64,000 bases of DNA, taken from positions 37,671 to 101,670 of the forward strand of contig JANPLU010000123.1 in the NCBI GenBank assembly GCA_031422435.1, given 5' to 3'. The stretch's first letter is position 1, and each line of letters starts with the position of its first letter. The notes beneath the pieces were generated by a model. It had not been told where the DNA came from and did no database searches. It saw nothing but the letters and a program-made list of their open reading frames with translations. Positions 1-11,277 of this stretch are shown here, piece after piece. A program made the position numbers and the translations under genes. This DNA is from Acaryochloridaceae cyanobacterium VAR_48_metabat_390 (lineage in GTDB: Bacteria > Cyanobacteriota > Cyanobacteriia > Thermosynechococcales > Thermosynechococcaceae).

Positions 1-2546
1 GCCTTTTCTAAAACCAACTTCAGGGCTTCTTCTAGAGAGATATTTTCAACCGTTGTTTCTTCTGGCAGACTGGCGTTGACTTTGCCATATTTGATGTAGG
101 GGCCATAAGGGCCATCATAAATATTAATAGGTTCCCCATCTTCAGGGTGCTGGCCTAGTTCCCGCAGCGCCTGCTTCGCCGCAGCCCGTTTCCCACGACC
201 TGTTTTGGGGATTGCCAATAGCTCTAGCGCACGTTCTAAAGAGACGGTAAATAGGCTATCTTCAGCCTTAAGAGAACGAAAATCTTGCCCCTCTTTGCCT
301 TGATCATGCACGATATAAGGCCCAAAGCGGCCTAGCCCAACCTTTACAGGTCGCTCTGTCTCAGGGTGGCTCCCCAGCAGTCGAGGCAGCGCCAAGAGCG
401 ACAGCGCCATTTCAAGGGTCACGTCTTCCATGGTGACGCCCTTAGGCAGAGAAGTCCGTTTGGGGTTCTTTTGGCCAGGCTGAGGCGCATCCCCAAGCTG
501 CACATAAGGGCCATAGGTGCCCAACATCATATAGATGGGTTCGCCTGTTTCTGGATGGAACCCAACTTTTTCGGGACCCTCAATTTTCTGCTTCAGAATT
601 AGCTCGACCTGATCGGGGTTCAGGTCGGCGGGAGTCATGTCCTTGGGCAAGGATGCAGTGACGGCAGCGCCTTCGCGCTCAGCTTCGACGTAAGGGCCAA
701 ACCGACCAATGCGGACTTTTGCTTCTAACCCAGAGAGGTCAATGGTACGGGCTTCGAGAGCATCAATGGCGGCTTCACGGTCTTTGACCTGATGCTCTAG
801 CCCTGCATCACCCAGGTAAAAAGACTGGAGATAGGGTAGCCACTCCGCCTCACCTCTAGAGATGTCGTCTAGGGTTTGCTCCATGCGGGCAGTGAAGCCA
901 ACATCTACCAAATCAGGGAAGTATTTTTCTAAGAGTGCCGTGACGGCAAAGGCGGTAAAGGTGGGCACAAGGCTGGTGTTGCCCTGACGCTGGACGTAAC
1001 CTCGGTCAATAATGGTGCCAATAACGGAGGCATAGGTGCTAGGTCGCCCAATCCCTTCGCTTTCTAGAGTTTTGACGAGAGATGCATCGGTGTAGCGAGC
1101 AGGGGGCTGGGTTTCGTGACCGATCGCTTCTAAGGTTTTGCAGATGGGGCGATCGCCCTTCTTAAGATCCGGCAAAATCACTTCCTGGTCATCAAGAGCA
1201 GCATCGGGGTCATCCGACCCTTCAACATAGGCACGGAAAAAGCCAGGGAAATCAATGCGTTTGCCAGAGGCCCTAAAGCCAGCATCTTCGACGTTAATTT
1301 GAACGGTGACAAAGGTTTGACGCGCTTCTGCCATTTGGGTGGCGACCGTGCGCTTCCAGACCATTTCGTAAACCGCCAACTCCAGCGCCTTTAGACCCGT
1401 TTCTTTGGGGGTACGGAAGGGGCTACCCGCCGGACGAATGGCTTCGTGGGCTTCTTGGGCACCTTTAGATTTGGTGGTGAACTGGCGCGGTTCAGGACTG
1501 AGGTAGGGGGTGCCGTAGAGGGTTTCGACCGAGGTACGGGCAGCAACGATCGCCTGTTCTGACAGATGCACCGAGTCGGTTCGCATGTAGGTGATGTAGC
1601 CCTGCTCATAGAGACTTTGGGCAATTCGCATGGTTTCACGGGCAGAGAGGCGTAGTTTACGACTGGCCTCTTGCTGAAGCGTGGAGGTAATAAACGGCGG
1701 TGCGGGTTTGCGGGTGACGGGGCGTTCTTCAATGCCGCTGACCTGCCACTGTTTTTGGTCTAGGCGCTGCCGCAGCGCCGTGGCTTCGGCCTCGTTGAGC
1801 AAAACGACTTGACGACCTTCAATCACCTGACCCGTGTTTTCATCAAAGTCACTGCCTGTGGCGAGGCGCTGACCGTTTAGCGTCACAAGCTTGGCAGAAA
1901 ACGGCGTTTTGTCTTTTTCTAAACTCGCCTTAAGATCCCAGTAGCTGCCCTGACGGAAGGCGCGGCGCTCTCGCTCTCGCTGCACGAGTACCCGTACTGC
2001 CACAGACTGTACCCGTCCGGCGGAGAGGCTGGGGGCAATTTTTTTCCACAGCAGGGGCGAGAGCGTATAGCCCACCAATCTATCAAGAATCCGGCGTGTT
2101 TCTTGAGCGCGGACGAGGCGCTGGTCTACCTCTCGACATTTGCCTAAGGCCGCTTTAATGGCCTCATCAGTAATTTCATGAAACACCATTCGCTTGATGG
2201 GCACCTTGGGCTGCAAAACCTGAATGAGATGCCAGCTAATGCTCTCTCCTTCTCGATCTTCGTCAGTGGCAAGAAGCAGCTCATCGGCATCGGCGAGTGC
2301 TTCTTTCAGCTCTTTGACCAGCTTCTTTTTGTCTTTGGACACCACGTAGAGCGGCTCAAAGTTGGCGTGGACATTAACCCCTAAAGAAGACCACTTTTCA
2401 GCCTTGACCGCCGCTGGAATTTCGCTTGCATCCCTGGGCAGATCCCGAACGTGACCCATCGAAGCTTCAACCCGATAGCTAGAGGGTAGAAAATTCCGAA
2501 TGGTTCGGGCTTTGGTAGGAGATTCAACAATAACCAGCGTGGACAT
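1..2546 (-). CDS. topA: DNA topoisomerase I (3' end runs off the window)
   Basis: Manual minus-strand translation starts [21 protein letters not shown] and contains [51 protein letters not shown] and GIGRPSTY. Absent from the ORF track because there is no stop codon in the window. Confidence 0.97.
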   Translation of the reverse strand, partial: MSTLVIVESPTKARTIRNFLPSSYRVEASMGHVRDLPRDASEIPAAVKAEKWSSLGVNVHANFEPLYVVSKDKKKLVKELKEALADADELLLATDEDREGESISWHLIQVLQPKVPIKRMVFHEITDEAIKAALGKCREVDQRLVRAQETRRILDRLVGYTLSPLLWKKIAPSLSAGRVQSVAVRVLVQRERERRAFRQGSYWDLKASLEKDKTPFSAKLVTLNGQRLATGSDFDENTGQVIEGRQVVLLNEAEATALRQRLDQKQWQVSGIEERPVTRKPAPPFITSTLQQEASRKLRLSARETMRIAQSLYEQGYITYMRTDSVHLSEQAIVAARTSVETLYGTPYLSPEPRQFTTKSKGAQEAHEAIRPAGSPFRTPKETGLKALELAVYEMVWKRTVATQMAEARQTFVTVQINVEDAGFRASGKRIDFPGFFRAYVEGSDDPDAALDDQEVILPDLKKGDRPICKTLEAIGHETQPPARYTDASLVKTLESEGIGRPSTYASVIGTIIDRGYVQRQGNTSLVPTFTAFAVTALLEKYFPDLVDVGFTARMEQTLDDISRGEAEWLPYLQSFYLGDAGLEHQVKDREAAIDALEARTIDLSGLEAKVRIGRFGPYVEAEREGAAVTASLPKDMTPADLNPDQVELILKQKIEGPEKVGFHPETGEPIYMMLGTYGPYVQLGDAPQPGQKNPKRTSLPKGVTMEDVTLEMALSLLALPRLLGSHPETERPVKVGLGRFGPYIVHDQGKEGQDFRSLKAEDSLFTVSLERALELLAIPKTGRGKRAAAKQALRELGQHPEDGEPINIYDGPYGPYIKYGKVNASLPEETTVENISLEEALKLVLEK

Positions 2547-2899
2547 AGGACGCGATCAACCCAAAGGAGTATGAAACAAAACCGAGCTTAATCAGCCATT
2601 GTAGGCAACACCGTTGCAAAGACCTTCCGTAGATGGACGGATTTGTTTTCGTTTTGGCTGATTGAAGCGAATGAAGAATTAGCAAAGATGCGTATAAGAC
2701 ATTAGAGAGTTACAAACGGCGCTGTTGTCAAGTCTTCTCGTGCAGAAATCATAGCGCTTCTATAATCTATATTGAATCCTGCTATCGTGCTTGAGCCGCA
2801 ATGCGGGTTAAAATTTTCAATGTGTTACATCGGCCTTAAGCTAATCATGGTTTGCTTAAGGTAATTTGCAAAGCTTAGAACGTTATTCACGGCACCCCT

Positions 2900-4492
2900 A
2901 TGGACTTTGCCAATCTCGGAAGTCAGCTTAATGCGTTGGCTATTTTGCCAGAAAGCGTCGTTACTATTACGCTGCTGGTTGTTCTTGTCAGCGATATCAC
3001 GTTGGGGCGTACTTCGGTAAAGTGGACGCCTTATGTGGCGATCTCCGGACTACTCGCTGCGGTCGTTCTGCTGGTGCTCCAGTGGGATCAGCCCAATACC
3101 ATTGCCTTTTTGGGCAGCTTTAACGCCGACAACTTCAGCATTGTCTTTCGCGGCATTATTGCACTGTCGTCTGCGATTACCATTTTGATGTCGGTTCGCT
3201 ACATCGACCAGGCGGGTAGTGACCTGGGCGAATTTATCAGCATTTTGCTCGCGGCAACCGTCGGCGGCATGTTTTTGTCCGGTGCCGAAGAGCTGGTCAT
3301 GATTTTTGTGTCGCTAGAGACGCTGAGTATTGCGTCTTACCTGATGACGGGCTACATGAAACGCGACCCGCGCTCGAACGAGGCAGCGCTGAAGTACCTG
3401 CTGATTGGGGCATCTAGCTCAGCAATCTTTTTGTACGGGCTGTCGCTGCTGTACGGTCTATCCGGCGGTCAAACCCATCTGGCAGGGATCGCAGCGGCTT
3501 TGGGCAACGGAACCGAAAATTCTTTGGGTCTACTAATTGCGCTGGTGTTTGTGATTGCGGGCGTCAGCTTCAAAATTGCGGCGGTTCCCTTTCACCAGTG
3601 GACTCCTGACGTATATGAGGGTTCCCCTACACCCGTGGTGGCCTTTTTGTCTGTGGGGTCTAAGGCAGCAGGGTTTGCCCTTGCGATTCGGCTACTGACA
3701 GACGCATTTCCGGCAGTGGTGGAGGAGTGGCGCTTTATCTTTACGGCGCTGGCTATTCTGAGCATGGTGCTTGGGAACGTGGTGGCGATCGCCCAAACCA
3801 GCATGAAGCGGATGTTGGCCTATTCTTCGATTGGTCAGGCAGGCTTCATCATGATTGGCATGGTGGTGGGCACTGAAGCAGGCTACTCCAGCATGGTGTT
3901 TTACCTGCTGATCTACCTGTTTATGAACCTAGGAGCCTTTGCCTGCGTCATTCTGTTTGCCCTGCGAACGGGTACCGACCAAATTAGTGAGTACGCAGGT
4001 CTGTACCAGAAAGATCCGCTGCTGACGTTGGCCTTGAGCATTTGCCTACTGTCGCTGGGCGGCATTCCGCCCTTGGCAGGATTTTTCGGCAAGCTGTACA
4101 TTTTTTGGGCAGGCTGGCAGGCAGGAGCCTATGGCTTGGTGCTGCTGGGGTTAGTCACCAGCGTGGTGTCGATTTACTACTACATCCGCGTTGTAAAGAT
4201 GATGGTGGTGAAAGAATCCAACGAAATGTCGGAGGTGATCAAAAACTATCCGGTGATCAACTGGCAGCCTTTTGGTATGAGGCCGTTACAGGTGGGCATT
4301 ATTTTTGCGATCATCACAACTTCTCTGTCAGGCATTCTGTCTAATCCGCTGATCACGATTGTGAATCATTCGGTGGCGGATGTGCCGAAGCTCCAGCGCG
4401 GTTCAGTCGTGGCTAGAGAGATGGGGAATAACGGGCGATCACAGCCTATTGCAGCCGTCATCGCAGCCAAATCCATCGCGCCAAAACTTTAG
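2900..4492 (+). CDS. ndhB: NAD(P)H-quinone oxidoreductase (NDH-1) subunit 2
   Basis: Multi-TM protein with [35 protein letters not shown] and [13 protein letters not shown]. Confidence 0.97.
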   Translation: MDFANLGSQLNALAILPESVVTITLLVVLVSDITLGRTSVKWTPYVAISGLLAAVVLLVLQWDQPNTIAFLGSFNADNFSIVFRGIIALSSAITILMSVRYIDQAGSDLGEFISILLAATVGGMFLSGAEELVMIFVSLETLSIASYLMTGYMKRDPRSNEAALKYLLIGASSSAIFLYGLSLLYGLSGGQTHLAGIAAALGNGTENSLGLLIALVFVIAGVSFKIAAVPFHQWTPDVYEGSPTPVVAFLSVGSKAAGFALAIRLLTDAFPAVVEEWRFIFTALAILSMVLGNVVAIAQTSMKRMLAYSSIGQAGFIMIGMVVGTEAGYSSMVFYLLIYLFMNLGAFACVILFALRTGTDQISEYAGLYQKDPLLTLALSICLLSLGGIPPLAGFFGKLYIFWAGWQAGAYGLVLLGLVTSVVSIYYYIRVVKMMVVKESNEMSEVIKNYPVINWQPFGMRPLQVGIIFAIITTSLSGILSNPLITIVNHSVADVPKLQRGSVVAREMGNNGRSQPIAAVIAAKSIAPKL

Positions 4493-4798
4493 TTGAAGAC
4501 CGATTCGCTATTTTATCTTCTCTTCCAAACTGCACCAGACATTTTGTTTGATGTGTTGGGTCGTTTGCCTGCCGTTGAAAATGCCTATGATTTTTGCTCT
4601 GTTGAGCTAAAGCAGACAGACTTTCGGATAGACAGGGTTTTTGTGCCCCGTCCTGAGGCAAATGACTCAACGGTCTACTTCGTCGAAGTGCAGTTTCAGG
4701 AAGATGAGTTTTTCTATCAGCGCTTTTTTGCTGAAATTCTTCTGTATCTGCGTCAAAACCCAACCGTAACTCAATTGCCTCGGCTGGGAGACTGCTGA
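4493..4798 (+). pseudogene. Truncated Rpn-family (DUF2887-like) PD-(D/E)xK nuclease/putative transposase
   Basis: MKTDSLFY..FQ, F.SVELKQT.FRID.VF.P and YFVEVQFQ.DE.FY.RFFAEI.LYL match the N-terminus of this cyanobacterial family. The ORF stops at 101 aa, well short of typical members. Confidence 0.75.
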
Positions 4799-4971
4799 CC
4801 CGATGGGAAGTTTCCAAAGCCAAACTGTGCTTAAGCTGCTCTGCCTGTTCAATCAATGCTTACTAATCCAGCACAGCGTAAAATTATGAGAATTTGAACT
4901 TGCATTGGTTAGACATTAGTTAAGCATGGGTACGGTTTACTTTTAGTCTAGAAGACCTGTTTTATCCTGTT

Positions 4972-5009
4972 TGTGATTTAGATCGAGTAAAGGTGTGATT
5001 CGCAACACA
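4972..5009. promoter_or_regulatory. Possible tandem CRP-family binding sites
   Basis: TGTGA-N6-ACACA at 4994-5009 (1 mismatch to TGTGA-N6-TCACA) and a weaker TGTGA-N6-TCGAG at 4972-4987, 22 bp apart. Confidence 0.35.
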
Positions 5010-5192
5010 TTTTTGTGTGGATGCTTCACCCGCTGAGGATCTGCCCTAGAAATGTAGAACTGTTAAGGAAAGAAATTGTGCCTTTTTACAACAACAGCTA
5101 CATTTTCTAGTGGGCTACCGCGCGTAAGAGACAATTTTGACCTACACTAATCTCGATATTTAACTCTACCGACTGCGATCGCAACTGGTGCT

Positions 5193-6503
5193 ATGACAGG
5201 TCTTAAACATTGGAAACGCTGGGCAATTTTTGGTCTTTTGGGGCTGTGCTTAAGCTGGATGATAAGCTGCGGCAATTCTGCGCCAGAAACGAGCAAGGGA
5301 CTCGATGAAAAGGGCAAAGCCACCATCGAGTTTTGGACCATGCAGCTTCAGCCCAAATTTACCGATTATTTCAATGACCTAATTAAGGCATTTGAGCAAG
5401 AAAATCCGGCGATCGCCGTGAAGTGGGTAGACGTTCCTTGGACTGCAATGCAGAGCAAAATCTTGGCGGCGGTGTCGTCCAAAACAGCACCCGATGTGGT
5501 CAATCTCAACCCAGATTTTGCAGCGCAGCTTGCCGGACGCAACGCATGGCTTGAGCTAGACAGTAAAGTAGACGCTAAAGTTCGTAGTGAATACCTGCCC
5601 AATATCTGGAAGGCCAGCACCCTTAATGGCAAAACCTTTGGCCTGCCTTGGTACTTAACCTCTCGCGTTGCCATTTATAACAGCGATCTGCTGCAAAAAG
5701 CAGGAGTAGCTGCTCCGCCTAAAACCTACGCCGAACTCGCAGCCGTCGCAAAGGCCGTCAAAGAAAAAACGGGCAAGTATGCCTTCTTTGTCACTGCTGC
5801 ACCAGGAGACTCTGGAGAAATTTTAGAGTCCTTTGTGCAGATGGGCGTTAAGCTCATTGACGCTCAGGGTCGGGCTGGCTTCAATACCCCAGAAGGGAAA
5901 GCCGCCTTTCAATACTGGGCAGACCTGTATCAGCAAAAGCTAGTGCCGCCTGAAATGACGACCGAAGGCCATCGTCATAGCGTGGAGCTATACCAGTCAG
6001 GGCAGACAGCTCTACTGTCTTCTAGCCCTGAATTTTTGGGCAATATTGCTACCGATGCGCCTGATGTGGCAAAGGTATCGGTTGCCGCCCCTCAAATTAC
6101 CGGATCGACGGGCAAGAAAAACGTGGCGGTCATGAATGTGGTGATTCCCAAAGACACCACCAAGCCGGATGCGGCAATTAAGTTTGCGCTGTTTTTGACC
6201 AATCCCAAAAATCAACTGAGCTTTGCGAAAGCGGCGAACGTTTTACCATCAACCACCGCCTCACTACAAGATCCGTACTTCAGCAAGGTGGCGGCAGACG
6301 CAACTTCGATTGATAAGGCTCGTGTGGTTAGTGCAGGACAAATGAAAGAGGCGGAGGTGCTAGTGCCGACGCTGAAGGACATTAAGTCACTGCAAAAAAT
6401 TCTCTATGAAAATTTGCAGGCTGTGATGCTGAAGCAAAAAACGGCGGATCAGGCACTTAAGGATGCTGAAAAAGCCTGGAATCAGGAGTATGCAGCGACC
6501 TAA
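5193..6503 (+). CDS. Sugar ABC transporter substrate-binding lipoprotein
   Basis: Signal peptide with lipobox (ISC), followed by IEFWTMQLQPKF, PDVVNLNPDFA and GLPWYLT, typical of family 1 solute-binding proteins. Confidence 0.9.
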   Translation: MTGLKHWKRWAIFGLLGLCLSWMISCGNSAPETSKGLDEKGKATIEFWTMQLQPKFTDYFNDLIKAFEQENPAIAVKWVDVPWTAMQSKILAAVSSKTAPDVVNLNPDFAAQLAGRNAWLELDSKVDAKVRSEYLPNIWKASTLNGKTFGLPWYLTSRVAIYNSDLLQKAGVAAPPKTYAELAAVAKAVKEKTGKYAFFVTAAPGDSGEILESFVQMGVKLIDAQGRAGFNTPEGKAAFQYWADLYQQKLVPPEMTTEGHRHSVELYQSGQTALLSSSPEFLGNIATDAPDVAKVSVAAPQITGSTGKKNVAVMNVVIPKDTTKPDAAIKFALFLTNPKNQLSFAKAANVLPSTTASLQDPYFSKVAADATSIDKARVVSAGQMKEAEVLVPTLKDIKSLQKILYENLQAVMLKQKTADQALKDAEKAWNQEYAAT

Positions 6504-6517
6504 TCAATCAGATTAGA

Positions 6518-7567
6518 TTATTCTTGGTCAATCTCAATCCGACCCACTCCCGTTTTAGGATAGTAGTTTTTAAGAATCTGCTCATAGGTAAAGCCCTGCT
6601 CCGCCAGTTTGAGCGCCCCAAGCTGGCTCATGCCATGCCCTTGAAATGCATCTGAAACAATATCATCAGAAGCAGCATAGAGCGATTCCACAATGCCGCC
6701 CCGATAGCTCACAAAAGACCCTGCGGTTTGGTCAACGGCAGTGCGCGTGGTACCCGCTTCAGATTCAACGCCCTTATAGACCTGATAATACTCATCCGAA
6801 CCAAGGTGGTACAGCTTATTGGCAGGCTTAAAGTAGTAGGTCAGCGCATAAGATCGAGCGGCGATCGCCTGAGCCTTGAGTGCCGCCATCGGCCAGCTTG
6901 AGGAAACTTCTGCCCCTACCACGCTGTAAAGATACAGCCGGAGGTTGACATAGTTAACCGCCCAAAGTTTGCCATTATCTGCCACTAGCAAAAGCGTGCC
7001 GCGATAACCGCGATCGCCAACATATACAAGGCTCCCCTGATCGGGGACAACCCAAGTGATTTTGGGTGCTGATTTACCGCCAATAGTCATGGCCTGGGCA
7101 TCTGCCTGAACCATATAAGGTTGAGAGGCCGTTAGGCTTTGCAAAGGTTGACCCGATTGGTCAAACAACTTACCGCTGCCAGAGACCGCAATGCTGAGGG
7201 ATGGTGTACCACTGGCGAGAGCGACATGCATCTCAACAGAGGAATCAACATTAGGATAGAGCGTTGAACGCGCCAGTTGACTGCGACGCGCTAGCTCTGC
7301 CTTGGAGAGAACGGGTTGTCTCGCTGAGGAGGGTTGAGTAGAGATAGACGGTTGGGGCATCGGTAAGGCCGCTTGGGGCGTAGCACTAGGGCGGACACTC
7401 AAAAAGGGAAAGACCGAAACGGTTGGGCTATGGGAGATAAAGGGAACTGGCGTAACGGTACAGTTTTGCGCAGGGCGCACCATTGCCCAAATCGGAATGA
7501 CAACGAAGGGCAATGGCAATAGCCATAACCCGAACTTAAGAAACTTCGGTACAGTAGGTTTTGTCAT
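6518..7567 (-). CDS. SpoIID/LytB-domain peptidoglycan lytic transglycosylase
   Basis: YRGTL, YLYSVVGAEV..SWP..ALKAQAIAARSYA, YQVYKG and GHGMSQLGA...YEQILKNYYP, with an N-terminal TM anchor. Confidence 0.9.
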   Translation of the reverse strand: MTKPTVPKFLKFGLWLLPLPFVVIPIWAMVRPAQNCTVTPVPFISHSPTVSVFPFLSVRPSATPQAALPMPQPSISTQPSSARQPVLSKAELARRSQLARSTLYPNVDSSVEMHVALASGTPSLSIAVSGSGKLFDQSGQPLQSLTASQPYMVQADAQAMTIGGKSAPKITWVVPDQGSLVYVGDRGYRGTLLLVADNGKLWAVNYVNLRLYLYSVVGAEVSSSWPMAALKAQAIAARSYALTYYFKPANKLYHLGSDEYYQVYKGVESEAGTTRTAVDQTAGSFVSYRGGIVESLYAASDDIVSDAFQGHGMSQLGALKLAEQGFTYEQILKNYYPKTGVGRIEIDQE

Positions 7568-7599
7568 GGTCACGGATGACTGTAGGCGCTAGAGACAGC

Positions 7600-8205
7600 A
7601 TGAGTCAAGATATTCGCATTTGTTTTGTGGGAGATTCTTTTGTCAATGGCACGGGCGATCGCACCTACTTAGGCTGGACAGGCCGATTATGTACGGGATT
7701 AGCAAAGCAAGGCAGAGACGTCACTCACTATAATTTAGGCGTTCGCCGAGACACCAGTGTTGATATTTGGAAACGATGGGAGGGTGAAACAGCGCATCGG
7801 TTGCCCTACGGCTGCGATAACCGCATTGTCTTTTGCTTTGGCACTAACGATACAACCTGGGAAAACGGACAGCCACGAGTCGAACTAATTGATTCTTTAA
7901 GGCACTGCCGTCGGATTCTAACCACGGCAAACAAACAATACCCCGTTTTGATGATTAGTCCGCCTCCCATTGCTGACTCTAAGCAAAACGCCCTTACAGA
8001 AAAACGCTGCGAAGATTTTTTGCTCACGTGTTCGGAGTTAAAGATTCCTTATCTGGATATCTTTACGCCCTTAAGTCAGTCCCAATCTTGGCATAAGGCA
8101 GTTGAGGCAGGCGATGGATCACATCCTGGTGCAGATGGGTACGTAGAGATTGCTGATCTGATCCAAGAATGGTCAGTCTGGCAGCATTGGTTTGATGCCC
8201 CATGA
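7600..8205 (+). CDS. SGNH/GDSL-family hydrolase
   Basis: ICFVGDSFVNG, NLGVRRDTS, FGTND and DGSHP blocks. Confidence 0.9.
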   Translation: MSQDIRICFVGDSFVNGTGDRTYLGWTGRLCTGLAKQGRDVTHYNLGVRRDTSVDIWKRWEGETAHRLPYGCDNRIVFCFGTNDTTWENGQPRVELIDSLRHCRRILTTANKQYPVLMISPPPIADSKQNALTEKRCEDFLLTCSELKIPYLDIFTPLSQSQSWHKAVEAGDGSHPGADGYVEIADLIQEWSVWQHWFDAP

Positions 8206-8513
8206 TTGTAGAGTGGTTACGGATTAAGGTAGCACCAGAATACCGAGAAACGTTTGTCCAAAAAGACGATGAGATCTGGACTTCTTTTTTAAGGCAATGT
8301 CCAGGTTTTCTGCACAAGGAAGTTTGGATTAGTCCAGATGACTTTAGCGAAGTGATGATTGCAATCTACTGGGCGACAGTTGAACAGCAGCAGGCGATCC
8401 CAAAAGCAGCGCTAGATGCCGTTGAACAAATTTTTTTGGCAGCGCTAGCAGTTCCGTTTCAACCGCTCGAAATTAAGCTGTATCAGGTTCGTAAAACGAC
8501 TATCATCCGCTAA
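8202..8513 (+). CDS. Cyanobacterial ABM-like protein (TIGR03792-type)
   Basis: MIVEWLRIKV.PE.RE.F.QKD.EIWT..L...PGFL.KEVWI; ATGA overlap with the upstream gene. Confidence 0.75.
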   Translation: MIVEWLRIKVAPEYRETFVQKDDEIWTSFLRQCPGFLHKEVWISPDDFSEVMIAIYWATVEQQQAIPKAALDAVEQIFLAALAVPFQPLEIKLYQVRKTTIIR

Positions 8514-9841
8514 AGCGTAAACGTAAAGTCTCGAATAAGCATACCTGGCACCTGAGCACCGCCCAACGATCGCCCCCCGTAAGTATCCACGTCCGCCACA
8601 AATGCCTGAAAATCTGTCACTGCTTCTAAGTTCTCGCCTAAGAATGAATAGAGGCTATCATCAAAGCGCAGATCTTTGATGGGTGCCACAATCTCGCCGC
8701 CCTCTACCCAGAAACAGGCGTAGCGGGTCATGCCCGTAATGCGTCCGCTGGGGCGATCGCTCCAATTCAAATAATGCAGATTCGAGAGATACAGCCCAGT
8801 ATCGAGCTGCTTCAGAATGTCACCAGACGTAAGGGTACCCATTGAAACTTCAGGGGCACGGAGGCTTTCGCCACTGTTGGCGGCATTGCTCACTACGCCA
8901 TATTCTTTTGCAGTACGGGCATTGATCAGGGTATTAGTAAGGTTCCCTTGGTCAATCAGCAACACCTCTTCTGGCGCAATTTCGCCCAAACTATTGAAGC
9001 GGGGCACGGTACCACGACTAAAGTTTTCGCGCAGCGAGAAGAGTGGCGATAGGGCTTTACCTTCCCGCAGTTTAAGCAGGGCGCTACCACCCTGCCGCAA
9101 TGATGATTCACTGACGGCTCCCCAAGAAAACATGGAGAGCATTTCCGCCACTGCTGCGGGTGCCAAGTAGGTTCGATACCGTCCTGGCGCAATCGTTTTG
9201 ACAGGACGATCCATCACCTCAAGCTGGGCTTTGGAGGCTTCAATCTCAGACTGGAACTGTTCTTGACTCCAGTTTTGACCTGCCAGGGTGGCCTTCACCG
9301 CCTTCTCAGAGGGGGCAATCATTGAATAGTCGAGAAAAAAGGTTTCCGTGGCAAACCAATGGCGCTGTCCCGCGGAGTTGGCATTGGCGCGAAGGATAGA
9401 GCCAGAAGCATAAATTCCGGTAAAGTCTACACCCTGCACGAGGGGTAAAATGGCCTGGGGTGCATCTTCAGGAGCCAAGAGCTGTCCGGTATAGACCTCA
9501 TGGCTAGAGCCATAGTTTTGAGGCAGCACGAGGTATGGATCGACAGGGAGTTGAGGAAGTTCTTGCCGCAGGTCTTTGAGGGCTTCTAGGGCGATCGCAC
9601 TGTCCACCGCCAAACACCCCGTAAAAGAAACCGAGGCGGTTGCCGTGCGCTGATTATGGCTCAGACGAAGAGATAGATCGCCATCGGTGACGGTGCCTGA
9701 CTGGCGAATTTTGCCATGATTGAGCCGCATAAAGTGGCTTTCTTCGCCAGACAGGTCAATGGTTAGATGTTCTTCTGCGCCCAAGCTATTTAGCAGCAGA
9801 TCGCAAAGCTGATTGAAAGACTGCTCCCACTGCTGACTCAT
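8510..9841 (-). CDS. TldE/PmbA-family protein
   Basis: PGRYRTYLAPAAV and LHYLNWSDR..GRITGMTRYACFWVE; coupled to tldD. Confidence 0.88.
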   Translation of the reverse strand: MSQQWEQSFNQLCDLLLNSLGAEEHLTIDLSGEESHFMRLNHGKIRQSGTVTDGDLSLRLSHNQRTATASVSFTGCLAVDSAIALEALKDLRQELPQLPVDPYLVLPQNYGSSHEVYTGQLLAPEDAPQAILPLVQGVDFTGIYASGSILRANANSAGQRHWFATETFFLDYSMIAPSEKAVKATLAGQNWSQEQFQSEIEASKAQLEVMDRPVKTIAPGRYRTYLAPAAVAEMLSMFSWGAVSESSLRQGGSALLKLREGKALSPLFSLRENFSRGTVPRFNSLGEIAPEEVLLIDQGNLTNTLINARTAKEYGVVSNAANSGESLRAPEVSMGTLTSGDILKQLDTGLYLSNLHYLNWSDRPSGRITGMTRYACFWVEGGEIVAPIKDLRFDDSLYSFLGENLEAVTDFQAFVADVDTYGGRSLGGAQVPGMLIRDFTFTL

Positions 9842-11277
9842 GCTACGCCTCCGAAGACTTCGATGTTGTTAAAGACGCACATGGGCGATGCATGACCTAC
9901 GCGAATGGCCTGGTTAGGTTCGCCTTTGCCGCAGTAGGGGGTGCCGTACATGGCTACAGTGTGGCGATCGCCCACTTTCACCAAGCTTCGCCAAAACTGA
10001 TTTGTCACACCACGATAGTTAGGGTTGCGGACGGTTCGCGTCAACTTGCCGTTTTCGATGAGCTTGGCGTATTCGCAGCCAAACTGAAACTTATTGCGGT
10101 AGTCATCAATAGACCAAGAACGGTTTGATTCCATATACACACCAAACTCAACGTCCCTAATCATGTCCTCGAAGGTGCTGGTGCCGGGTTCTAGGTTCAG
10201 GTTTGCCATGCGATCAATGGGCGGACGGTTCCAAGATGTAGCGCGGAAGTTTGCAACCCCAGGCACTTGCGATCGGGTTTGGCTTTCTAAGCTACCTAGC
10301 CCTCGCAGCAGTAGCCCTTCTTTGATTAAATACTCACGCTGGGCAGGGGTGCCGCCATCATCAAAGGCGTAGCCTGCAAACTCGCCTGGGACGGTGGGGT
10401 CAAAGGTAACGTTCATGAGGGGCGACCCGTAGACGAGAGTGCCAAAGTCGGAGAGCTTCACAAAGCTGGATCCGGCATAGTTGCGCTCATCGCCCAAGAT
10501 GCGGTCTAGCTCTAGGGGATGCCCGATGCTCTCATGAATTTGCAGCATCATCTGGTCAGGTGCCAGCACGAGGGTGGTGGCGGTGGTAGGGCATTCTTCA
10601 GAACCCAATAGCTCCACGGACTGCTCTCCAATTTGACGGGCGCGCGCTAACACAGCGGCAGGGTCAAAAACCTCTACGCCTGCTTGGTAGCAGCGAGCCA
10701 GTTGACCGTTATCGGTACGCTTTTGCGTGACGGTGCCATCCTGAGCAGTGGAGGCGTAGTCGGTTTCCACAAAGAAAAAGCGCTGGTACACATCAGAACC
10801 GTTGCTGCTAACAAACCGCTGTTCGGTTTCGACAGTTTGAGCCATGGCGCTGGTCTGCACTACCTTATCGGAGACTTTGAGGGTAGTGCAGACTTGGGTA
10901 AGTAGCCCCACAAGGTCTGAGACGCTGATGCTATCGGAGGGCTGCTGTAGGGGGGAGGTATACTGCCCAACGGCTTTGGGGCGCACATCTGGAGTAAAGG
11001 AATGAATAGCCCACGGGGCGGCGGCAACGGCCTGCTGTTGAGCCTGCTCTGCGGCGGCTTGAATGCCTACTTGGTCGAGGCGATTGGTGGCAGCGTAGCC
11101 AAATTGACCGTTGGCGAGTACTTCGACCATAACGCCTTCGGTGCAAGATTGGCGGTTGGCTTCGGGGTTGCCATCACGGACGTAGCGGGTGGAGGCTTTT
11201 TCTGAGACTTGACGTAGGCCGACCCATTCGGCTTCTATGATTAGGTTGTTAAGGGCCTTGTGTAAATCAAACGCCAT
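9838..11277 (-). CDS. tldD: TldD-family metalloprotease
   Basis: HESIGHPLELDR zinc motif, PPIDRMANLNL, SWSIDDYRNKFQFG and CGKGEPNQ. Confidence 0.9.
   Translation of the reverse strand: MAFDLHKALNNLIIEAEWVGLRQVSEKASTRYVRDGNPEANRQSCTEGVMVEVLANGQFGYAATNRLDQVGIQAAAEQAQQQAVAAAPWAIHSFTPDVRPKAVGQYTSPLQQPSDSISVSDLVGLLTQVCTTLKVSDKVVQTSAMAQTVETEQRFVSSNGSDVYQRFFFVETDYASTAQDGTVTQKRTDNGQLARCYQAGVEVFDPAAVLARARQIGEQSVELLGSEECPTTATTLVLAPDQMMLQIHESIGHPLELDRILGDERNYAGSSFVKLSDFGTLVYGSPLMNVTFDPTVPGEFAGYAFDDGGTPAQREYLIKEGLLLRGLGSLESQTRSQVPGVANFRATSWNRPPIDRMANLNLEPGTSTFEDMIRDVEFGVYMESNRSWSIDDYRNKFQFGCEYAKLIENGKLTRTVRNPNYRGVTNQFWRSLVKVGDRHTVAMYGTPYCGKGEPNQAIRVGHASPMCVFNNIEVFGGVA

Noticed and set aside
8510..11277. 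TldD/E as part of a RiPP cluster
   Set aside because: No precursor peptide or modifying enzymes nearby, and TldD/E pairs are common housekeeping genes.
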